A stretch of DNA of 64,000 nt from an uncultured Candidatus Peribacteria bacterium (GTDB lineage: Bacteria > Patescibacteriota > Gracilibacteria > UBA1369): NCBI GenBank assembly GCA_964494085.1, contig CAZBQJ010000003.1, positions 137,458 to 201,457 on the forward strand, given 5' to 3'. Below the pieces are notes generated by a model. The model ran no database searches and was not told where the DNA came from. It saw only the letters and a program-made list of their open reading frames with translations. The first letter of the stretch is position 1; every line of letters starts with the position of its first letter. Positions 47,398 through 54,972 of the stretch are shown here, in pieces. The position numbers and the translations under genes were made by a program.

Positions 47398-47449
47398 TTT
47401 TTGGAGTATACTTTGAAGATTTGTTCTATAGATCCAAATACTCCAAAAA
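47398..47449. repeat. 12-bp perfect inverted repeat (28-nt spacer) in the leader of the GH130 gene cluster
   Basis: TTTTTGGAGTAT (47398-47409) and ATACTCCAAAAA (47438-47449). A second complementary pair, ATTTGGAT (47391-47398) and ATCCAAAT (47432-47439), would compete with it. Confidence 0.35.
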
Positions 47450-47452
47450 GCC

Positions 47453-48568
47453 ATGAAAAAGAAGCTGTCTGCTATCATTTCCAAATCAGCAAAGATCAGT
47501 AAATCCGCTCAACTCCGGACCAAAACCAAACCGAAGAAAAATTTGGCTAAAAAGGCTTTAACCATGTCCAAATCAGCTCCTTTGGCAAAATCTGAGCAGA
47601 ATCCGATCATCGGTCCTAGAGCAGAGTACCGCTGGGAATCATGGCAAACCTTTAATCCCGGCGTAGTGTTATTAAATGATCAGATATATTTTCTTTATAG
47701 AGCGATCGGAGAAGATGGAATTTCTCGTTTGGGTTATGCTGTTTCCAGTGATGGATTTACGATTGACGATCGGCTGTCTTATCCAGTTTATGAACATAAA
47801 ACCACACAACGTACTTTCAATATTTACTCATTTCATTCAGGAGGCAGTTTTGGTGGGGCGGAAGATCCTCGGCTCGTTCATGTCCCAGAAGACGATAATC
47901 TGTATATGACTTATACCGCCTGTGATAATGGCTTGAGAGTGGGACTCACATCAATCAGCGTGGAAGACTTTGTCAAAAATAAATGGAAATGGCGTGAGCC
48001 GGCATTAATTTCTCCACCAGATGAAGTTCATAAAAACTGGATTATTTTCCCCGAGAAGATCAATGGAAAGTATTCAATTCTTCATAGTATCAAGCCGCAT
48101 GTTCAAATCGAATATCGGGATAATTTGGAGTTCGATCAAAATGACTACATCAACAGTTTTCATGGAGGAGGACAGCAAAAGAATTGCTGGGATAAATGGC
48201 TTCGTGGAGCAGGCGCCCCACCTATCAAAACTTCCGCAGGTTGGCTGGTTTTTTATCATGCCATGGATGATGACTGGGGCAAATACAAGGTTGGGGCAAT
48301 GCTTCTGGATCTGAATGATCCAACCAAAACTCTTTGTCGGGCCAAAAATCCCGTACTTGAACCCAGCGAGTCTTATGAAAATAACGGCTGTAAGGCCGGC
48401 ATTGTTTATGTTTCCGGGGCAGTCGTAAAAGACGGAAATATTTTGGTTTACTACGGTGGGTCTGATAGTTATGTCTGCGTAGCCTATGCCAATCTGGATG
48501 AATTCTTGAAAGAGCTCCAGTCCAACCACGAACCGAAATTAAAACTCAAGACCTTAAAATTAAAATAG
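47453..48568 (+). CDS. GH130-family glycoside phosphorylase/hydrolase (PH1107-related) with a Lys/Ser/Ala-rich N-terminal extension
   Basis: NPIIGPR...WESWQTFNPGV...YRAIGEDGISRLGYAVSSDG...GAEDPRL...MTYTA...; five-bladed propeller-like repeats. An alternative start exists at M38 (47564). Confidence 0.75.
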   Translation: MKKKLSAIISKSAKISKSAQLRTKTKPKKNLAKKALTMSKSAPLAKSEQNPIIGPRAEYRWESWQTFNPGVVLLNDQIYFLYRAIGEDGISRLGYAVSSDGFTIDDRLSYPVYEHKTTQRTFNIYSFHSGGSFGGAEDPRLVHVPEDDNLYMTYTACDNGLRVGLTSISVEDFVKNKWKWREPALISPPDEVHKNWIIFPEKINGKYSILHSIKPHVQIEYRDNLEFDQNDYINSFHGGGQQKNCWDKWLRGAGAPPIKTSAGWLVFYHAMDDDWGKYKVGAMLLDLNDPTKTLCRAKNPVLEPSESYENNGCKAGIVYVSGAVVKDGNILVYYGGSDSYVCVAYANLDEFLKELQSNHEPKLKLKTLKLK

Positions 48569-48569
48569 A

Positions 48570-50495
48570 ATGTTTATAGAACGATCAAATAAAAACCCGA
48601 TCTTGACACCAAATCGGAAACAAGCTTTTGAAGCTGAGGCCGTCTTCAATGGTTGCCCGGTCAAACGTAAAAAGAATATTCATTTGGTATATCGGGCAGT
48701 TTCGCAACCGCATTACCATTATGTTGCTAAACAGAAATTATCTGTTTCTGAGATAGGAATCGCCGATAGTACAGACGGAGAAAGTTTCACCAACCGTCGT
48801 CGTTTTGTAGTCCCGGAAGAATCCTGGGAAAGATTTGGCTGTGAAGACCCCCGGGTGACTGAATTGGATGGCAAATATTATGTATTTTATACAGCGCTCT
48901 CGGAACATCCATTTCGTGCTGCCGGCATCAAGGTCGGCTTAGCTATCAGTGATGATCTGGAGACTATTCGGGAGAAACATTTGATTACGCCTTTTAATGC
49001 CAAAGCCATGGCGCTGTTTCCTGAAAAAATCGATGGCAAGTTTTGGGTTGTACTGACAGCCAATACAGACCTCCCCCCCTCAAAAGTCTGCCTGGCTTCT
49101 TTTGACAGAGAAGAGGACATGTGGAATCAATCAAAATGGGAATCCTGGTATCAGGATTTAGATGAAAAGTCCTTATCACTTCAACGTAATCCTGAAGATC
49201 AAATCGAAATAGGAGCAGCTCCAATCAAAACCGCAGAAGGGTGGTTATTGCTATATTCCCATATTCAAAATTATTCTTCCGGACAACCTGTTTTTGGCAT
49301 TGAAGCGGTACTCCTTGATTTAAAAAACCCCCGGAAAATCATTGCCAAAACCACATCACCGATTCTAACCCCGGAGGAGTATTATGAAAAAATCGGATTA
49401 GTTCCAAATGTTATTTTTCCTTCCGGTGCCTTTCTGGATAAAATGGGGAAGATAAATCTTTATTATGGAGCAACTGATACCACCTGTTGTTTAGTAAAAA
49501 TTGACCTCGATTTCCTCTTGGACAAACTCCTTCACAAGCTGGAATTAGCTAAAGCCAAGAGATTTCCCGGTAACCCGATCATTTCTCCAATTGCAGATCA
49601 TCCTTGGGAATCAAAAGCAACTTTCAACACAGCAGCATTATACCTGGACAACAAGGTTCACCTGGTTTATCGGGCTATGTCCGAAGACAATACCTCAGTG
49701 CTGGGATATGCCACCACTACAGATGGAACGCATATTGATTACCGTCATTCACAACCTATCTACAAACCTCGAGAAGAATTTGAGCAGAAACTAACTCAGA
49801 ATGGTAATTCCGGCTGCGAAGATCCTCGTTTGACCAAGATCGGCGACACAATATATATGTGTTATACGGCTTATGACGGCCGAAACGCCCCTCGGGTTGC
49901 CCTGACCAGCATTAGTGTAAAAGACTTCTTGGCGCAAAAATGGAATTTTACCAGACCGGTCCTAATTACACCTCCATATATCGACGGCAAAAACGCCTGC
50001 ATTTTTCCGGAGAAAATTGAACAGCAGCGCTACTATTTTATTTTGCATCGCATTGGCATTGAGATAGTTTCTGCTTTCAGTCCTACTTTAGACTTTGATG
50101 GGCATACCTGGATCGAAGAATATCGTTGGATATTTCCACGACCAGGAATGTGGGATAGCAAGAAGATCGGCATCGTCGCCCCTCCTATCAAAACTGAAAG
50201 CGGCTGGGTTCTTTTTTACCACGGAGTCTCTGAAGACAGCGTTTATCGACTTGGGGCGATTCTATTGGATCTTCATGATCCGACAAAGGTTATTTGTCGT
50301 TCCAATGATCCCATCATGGAGCCGGAAACACCCTATGAACTGGAAGGAATAGTTGATAATGTGGTCTTCTCCTGTGGCGTAGTGTTATTGAATGATCAGT
50401 TTTATCTTTATTACGGCGGAGGTGATCGGGTTATTGGGGTGGCGACCATCGACAAAAATCAATTATTAAAAAATCTCACTACTTGTAAGCTTTAA
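48570..50495 (+). CDS. tandem (two-module) GH130-family protein
   Basis: Two complete GH130-like halves (NPILTPN...CEDPRVT...FYTA and NPIISPI...CEDPRLT...CYTA). Starts 1 nt after the upstream stop. Confidence 0.75.
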   Translation: MFIERSNKNPILTPNRKQAFEAEAVFNGCPVKRKKNIHLVYRAVSQPHYHYVAKQKLSVSEIGIADSTDGESFTNRRRFVVPEESWERFGCEDPRVTELDGKYYVFYTALSEHPFRAAGIKVGLAISDDLETIREKHLITPFNAKAMALFPEKIDGKFWVVLTANTDLPPSKVCLASFDREEDMWNQSKWESWYQDLDEKSLSLQRNPEDQIEIGAAPIKTAEGWLLLYSHIQNYSSGQPVFGIEAVLLDLKNPRKIIAKTTSPILTPEEYYEKIGLVPNVIFPSGAFLDKMGKINLYYGATDTTCCLVKIDLDFLLDKLLHKLELAKAKRFPGNPIISPIADHPWESKATFNTAALYLDNKVHLVYRAMSEDNTSVLGYATTTDGTHIDYRHSQPIYKPREEFEQKLTQNGNSGCEDPRLTKIGDTIYMCYTAYDGRNAPRVALTSISVKDFLAQKWNFTRPVLITPPYIDGKNACIFPEKIEQQRYYFILHRIGIEIVSAFSPTLDFDGHTWIEEYRWIFPRPGMWDSKKIGIVAPPIKTESGWVLFYHGVSEDSVYRLGAILLDLHDPTKVICRSNDPIMEPETPYELEGIVDNVVFSCGVVLLNDQFYLYYGGGDRVIGVATIDKNQLLKNLTTCKL

Positions 50496-50503
50496 GATAT
50501 TAA

Positions 50504-51310
50504 ATGTCTGGAACAAAATTAAATAGACCGCTGGAAAAGTTAGCTCCTGACATTATCAGAAAGCATATCAAAGCTGTCACTTTCGATATCGATGGCGTGA
50601 TCGTACCTACCGGCACTTATTTACGTGAAAGCATAGATGGCACTGAATTGACCATCAAGACACACAAATTAAGTGTTGAAATGGTCGATCTGTTAATAAA
50701 ATTGAAAAAATATATTTGGTTAAACTTTTCCAGCGGTAGAGCTTTGCTTTATCTACAAAATATGCTTGGAGACATTTTGTGGGATCAAGTTTCACTGACC
50801 GCCGAAAACGGTAATTTCATTCTAATTAATGGTAAATTTGAGCAAGTAGGGAATTATACCCAAAAGTATTTACAAAAAATCACCAATATCAAACAAGACT
50901 TAAAAAAATTGCAAGCCAAGCACCCCGAAAACATCCATGGGTTTGAGCCGAAGCAGATGATCATCTCCATTCATACGGCCAAGCCAATGCCGGAGGTTGA
51001 AGCCATTGTCAAACAGCACGATCGAGAAAATGAGCTCTACTGTTTGTGGACCAGTGAGGGCTATGATATCGGCAACATCAAGACCAATAAAGAAACTGCC
51101 CTAAAGTACCTTTGCCAAAAACTAAAGATTCAGCCCGCTGAAATGATTACCACCGGAAATAATTTGAATGACAAAGAAATGCTGGATTTCGGTATTGGGG
51201 TCAGCGTTGATCAAAGAAATATCGATGGAATGTTCGCTATACCTCCACAAAAAAAACAGCTTGGAGGAGAGATCCTTGCCAAATATCTATTGAACGCTTT
51301 CACCGAGTAG
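50504..51310 (+). CDS. HAD-IIB (Cof/sugar-phosphate phosphatase-like) hydrolase
   Basis: VTFDIDGVIV (DxD nucleophile motif), SSGR, TTGNNLNDKEML (GDxxND-like). Confidence 0.7.
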   Translation: MSGTKLNRPLEKLAPDIIRKHIKAVTFDIDGVIVPTGTYLRESIDGTELTIKTHKLSVEMVDLLIKLKKYIWLNFSSGRALLYLQNMLGDILWDQVSLTAENGNFILINGKFEQVGNYTQKYLQKITNIKQDLKKLQAKHPENIHGFEPKQMIISIHTAKPMPEVEAIVKQHDRENELYCLWTSEGYDIGNIKTNKETALKYLCQKLKIQPAEMITTGNNLNDKEMLDFGIGVSVDQRNIDGMFAIPPQKKQLGGEILAKYLLNAFTE

Positions 51311-51340
51311 TACTGAAATCCAATTATTCCAAATATTTTT

Positions 51341-51415
51341 TGGTTGCGGGGGTTGGATTCGAACCAACGACCTCCGGGTTATGAGCCCGACGAGCTGCCT
51401 CTGCTCTACCCCGCG
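51341..51415 (-). tRNA. initiator tRNA-fMet (anticodon CAT)
   Basis: The reverse complement CGCGGGG...CCCCGCAACCA has the C1xA72 mismatch and three consecutive G-C pairs closing the anticodon stem (GGG-CTCATAA-CCC). Confidence 0.9.
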
Positions 51416-51431
51416 TCAATGCTTGGATACT

Positions 51432-51845
51432 TTACTGTATAGACCTATTTCTGTCAAAGAAAAAGAACCACCACTTTTGACCGTTATCCAAATCCGCCAA
51501 GCGGTTATCTTTACTCACAGCATTGGCTAAAACCTGATCCAAATTCGCTGAACTTTGGTTTGAAAGTACTATTACTTGCTCACCTTGATTCACCAATCCC
51601 AGATTTTGCTTGGCAATTTTATCAATATAGTTGGGCGAAGTGAAATACTCATAATCCTCCGATTTTTTCCGGTTATCTTCTTCTATTCTTTGATTATCTT
51701 GTTCAAATCGTTGAATTACCTTATCGATCTGATAGCCGCGATATACAGAAACTGTCAAAGTGTTGAGCAGATAAATCACCAAAATCAACTCTACAACTAT
51801 AATTAATTTTGCTACATTAGATGTCGGGCTAAACTTAAATGGCAT
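51432..51845 (-). CDS. septum formation initiator (FtsB/DivIC-like)
   Basis: Single N-terminal TM helix, coiled coil, and IDKIAKQNLGLVNQGEQVIV typical of FtsB/DivIC. Confidence 0.6.
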   Translation of the reverse strand: MPFKFSPTSNVAKLIIVVELILVIYLLNTLTVSVYRGYQIDKVIQRFEQDNQRIEEDNRKKSEDYEYFTSPNYIDKIAKQNLGLVNQGEQVIVLSNQSSANLDQVLANAVSKDNRLADLDNGQKWWFFFFDRNRSIQ

Positions 51846-51852
51846 AACGAAA

Positions 51853-53244
51853 ATGTCTCATCAAACTTTAGAAGTATTCAGAATATACCAAAAAATCCAT
51901 ATTATTGGAATTGGCGGAATCGGGATTAGTGCTATTGCTAGGATTTTGGCTAAGGAAGGCCACCATATTAGCGGGTCTGATCTGGCTCATAGCAGAAACA
52001 TCAGTTTATTGGAGCAGGAAGGCATCCAGGTGATTATTGGTCAAAAGCCGGAGAATATTTCCAGCACAATTCAACTGGTCATTTATACAACGGCCATTCC
52101 TGCCGATAATCCTGAATTAATGGAAGCTAGGAGGAAAAATATTAAAACCATCAGTTATCCGGAAGCGGTTGGATTGCTCACCCGAAATTATCGTACTATT
52201 TGTGTGGCCGGTACACATGGTAAAACCACCACTACCGCTCTACTGGCATTAATGATGGAAAAAGTCGGTTCAGACCCCACTGTAATCGTGGGCAGTCTGA
52301 TCAAGGAATTCGGTGATAAAAACGAGCGGTTAGGGGAATCACCCTGGCTGATTTTGGAATCTTGTGAGTACCAGGAGGCCTTTTTAAATTATCAACCCGA
52401 AATAGTTATTTTGAACAACATCGACCCGGAGCATCTGGATTATTTTAAAACTCCTCAAAAATACGTCGAAGCTTTTCGTAAATTCCTCAACAAAATACCT
52501 GAGGAAGGCTTGTTGATAGCCAACATTGACGATCCAAATATCAAAACTCTCCTTGCTGAGCAAAATTGGCCATTCCCAATCCTCACCTTCGGACAGGGAT
52601 CGGCGGCAAATTTTCGAATTGAAGCAAATAAATTAAATTTACCTGATGGTGAAACGATCGAACTGAATTTATTAATTCCTGGTGAGCATAATGTTTACAA
52701 TGCCTCAGCCGCCTTGACCGCAATTGTCGCACTTCAGCTAGATCGCCATTTGGCCGTCCAGGGGATTGAAACATTTCGCGGCGCTGCGCGCCGCTTCGAA
52801 ATCAAAGGTAAAATCGGAAATACCACTATCGTCGATGACTATGGTCATACGCCAGTTGAAATCCGGGCGACTCTAGAGGGCGCGAAAAAGCATTTTGGCA
52901 GTAATTCAAAACTCCTGGTCATTTTTCAGCCTCATCAGTATTCGCGGACTTATCAGTTCTTGGATCAATTTGGTGCATCGTTTTCGAAAGCTGATAAAGT
53001 TTTGATCCCAAATATCTACCGCACTCGAGATAGTGGAGAGGATGTTGCTCGTGTGGACGTTAATGATTTAGTGAAAACCATTAACTCTCACTCAATTACT
53101 GGAGAAAAGGCGCTTAACACCCATGATTTTCCAGAAACTTGTAATTATGTCAAAGACCACCACACCGATTTCGACGCTATAATTACTATTGGAGCAGGCG
53201 ACATTACCAAGCTCTCCGAACAATTTACTCAAATTGAAAATTAG
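51853..53244 (+). CDS. murC: UDP-N-acetylmuramate--L-alanine ligase
   Basis: IHIIGIGGIGISAIA, AGTHGKTTTT, Mur ligase middle and C-terminal domains. Confidence 0.92.
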   Translation: MSHQTLEVFRIYQKIHIIGIGGIGISAIARILAKEGHHISGSDLAHSRNISLLEQEGIQVIIGQKPENISSTIQLVIYTTAIPADNPELMEARRKNIKTISYPEAVGLLTRNYRTICVAGTHGKTTTTALLALMMEKVGSDPTVIVGSLIKEFGDKNERLGESPWLILESCEYQEAFLNYQPEIVILNNIDPEHLDYFKTPQKYVEAFRKFLNKIPEEGLLIANIDDPNIKTLLAEQNWPFPILTFGQGSAANFRIEANKLNLPDGETIELNLLIPGEHNVYNASAALTAIVALQLDRHLAVQGIETFRGAARRFEIKGKIGNTTIVDDYGHTPVEIRATLEGAKKHFGSNSKLLVIFQPHQYSRTYQFLDQFGASFSKADKVLIPNIYRTRDSGEDVARVDVNDLVKTINSHSITGEKALNTHDFPETCNYVKDHHTDFDAIITIGAGDITKLSEQFTQIEN

Positions 53245-54653
53245 GCGCGCTCAATCTCTTGCCCTTTTTCAGTATCCTTAACGATAAATCCCAGTAATCT
53301 TATTTGTTCCCGTATTCGATCTGATTCTCCAAAATTCTTTGTTTGGCGGGCGACTTCTCTTTGTTCCAATAACTTCTCTATTTCAGGATCAAGGTTTAAC
53401 TCTATTTTTGTCGAATCAGCCAATTTCAATCCCAAAACCCGGTCAAAGTCCAAAATCGTCACTAACTTATCCTCAGGTTTCAGCTCGCTTTTCATGATCT
53501 GCCAAACCAGACTCAAAGCTTCAGCCGTATTCAAATCATTATTGATCGCCATCAAAAACTTAGCCCGATATTCTTGATCAATCTCTCCAACTCGCTTTCC
53601 CTCCTGGTTTGATTTCAATTCTTCGACCTGTCTTCTCATTCGACTCAAAGCTGTCTCTGCAGCCTTAACCGCTTCCCAGGTGAAATTTAGTTGTATTCTA
53701 TAATGTGTTCCTAAATTTAAATATCTAAAAGCCAAAGGGTCGATCCCTTTCTCGATCAAATCATTTACTAAATAAGCGTTCCCTTCTGATTTACCCATCC
53801 TTCTACCATCAACCATCATAAATTCGCCATGCATCCAGTAATTCACGAATTTTTTACCGCTGGCCGCCTCACTTTGGGCAATCTCATTCTCATGGTGTAC
53901 TGGAATATGATCGATTCCCCCACAGTGAATATCGAAATGATCACCCAAATATTTCATGCTCATAGCACTACATTCTATGTGCCACCCTGGAAAACCTTTC
54001 CGACCCCAAGGCGAATCCCATTCCATTTGTCTTTTTTCACCTTTCGGACTGAATTTCCATAAAGCAAAGTCAAAAGCGTGGCGTTTATCCTCATTCACGT
54101 CTACTCTGGCTCCAGCTTTTTTTTCTTCCAGTTTCTGTCCTGATAATTTCCCATAACCTGGCCATTTACTAACGTCAAAATAGATCCCATCACTGGTTTG
54201 ATAAGTAAAACCTTTTTCTTCCAACTCTCGGATCAGCTCAATTTGTTCTTTGATGTTATCCGTTGCTTTCGGTTCTATAGTCGGAGTTTTTATATTCAAA
54301 GTCTGGATATCCTGATTGAAGGCCTTAGTGTAATATTCAGCGATTTCTCCGGCAGTTCTCCCTTCCTTTTGGGCCGCTTTCTCCATTCTATCCTCACCAC
54401 TATCGGCATCTCCCAGATTATCACCGGTCAAATGCCCTACATCTGTAATGTTCATGACATGTTCCACTTTGTAACCGTTATATTCCAATACTCTTCGCAA
54501 AGTATCTTCAAACAAATATGTCCGCATATTGCCTAATGTCGCAAAAGCATAAACCGTCGGCCCACAGCAATACATCTTTACCAGGTCCGGGGAAATTGGC
54601 TTGAATTCCTCCAATTTTCTGCCCAAAGAATTAAATAAAGTAATTCTGTTCAT
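53241..54653 (-). CDS. cysS: cysteine--tRNA ligase
   Basis: CGPTVYAFATLGNMRTY (HIGH region), CWHIECS-like GWHIECSAM, RMGKSEGN (KMSKS). Start refined to MNRITLF at 54653, which forms an ATGA overlap with the yggT stop. Confidence 0.93.
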   Translation of the reverse strand: MNRITLFNSLGRKLEEFKPISPDLVKMYCCGPTVYAFATLGNMRTYLFEDTLRRVLEYNGYKVEHVMNITDVGHLTGDNLGDADSGEDRMEKAAQKEGRTAGEIAEYYTKAFNQDIQTLNIKTPTIEPKATDNIKEQIELIRELEEKGFTYQTSDGIYFDVSKWPGYGKLSGQKLEEKKAGARVDVNEDKRHAFDFALWKFSPKGEKRQMEWDSPWGRKGFPGWHIECSAMSMKYLGDHFDIHCGGIDHIPVHHENEIAQSEAASGKKFVNYWMHGEFMMVDGRRMGKSEGNAYLVNDLIEKGIDPLAFRYLNLGTHYRIQLNFTWEAVKAAETALSRMRRQVEELKSNQEGKRVGEIDQEYRAKFLMAINNDLNTAEALSLVWQIMKSELKPEDKLVTILDFDRVLGLKLADSTKIELNLDPEIEKLLEQREVARQTKNFGESDRIREQIRLLGFIVKDTEKGQEIERA

Positions 54654-54913
54654 ATCATCATAATTAAAGCAGTCCAAACGGTCTTGATCACTTCTAAAGC
54701 CAACATTACCATTATTGGTGAAAAATCCAACATTCCCGTTGGAGGGATCAGCTTTCTGGCCTGATTCAACAAGGGACTGGTCAGGCTATCCAAGAATGCA
54801 TAAGCACGCCCCTGCTTTCCCACAATCCAAGACATTAATATTTGTACAAATATCGCCGTGCTCAGAATATCACAGAGGATTGACCCGAAATTGATTAATA
54901 TTTCTTTAATCAT
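54650..54913 (-). CDS. YggT-family small membrane protein
   Basis: Two TM helices and LDFSPIMVMLAL typical of YggT. Probable ATG at 54913; the track gives TTG at 54919. Confidence 0.65.
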   Translation of the reverse strand: MIKEILINFGSILCDILSTAIFVQILMSWIVGKQGRAYAFLDSLTSPLLNQARKLIPPTGMLDFSPIMVMLALEVIKTVWTALIMMI

Positions 54914-54917
54914 AAGC

Positions 54918-54952
54918 AAAAAAGCTGTGCCTAGTTTATCAAGGCACAGCTT
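54918..54952 (-). terminator. Rho-independent terminator of the surface-protein gene
   Basis: 11-bp stem AAGCTGTGCCT / AGGCACAGCTT (54922-54932 and 54942-54952), 9-nt loop, followed on the minus strand by TTTTG. Confidence 0.7.
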
Positions 54953-54972
54953 AAAAATCTATCTCAAAACTT

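Noticed and set aside
47415-47428. SOS-box-like GAAG-N4-GTTC in the GH130 leader, considered as a second LexA site.
   Set aside because: It has one core mismatch, is not palindromic beyond the core, and has no functional rationale. It is mentioned only as a detail of the leader finding.
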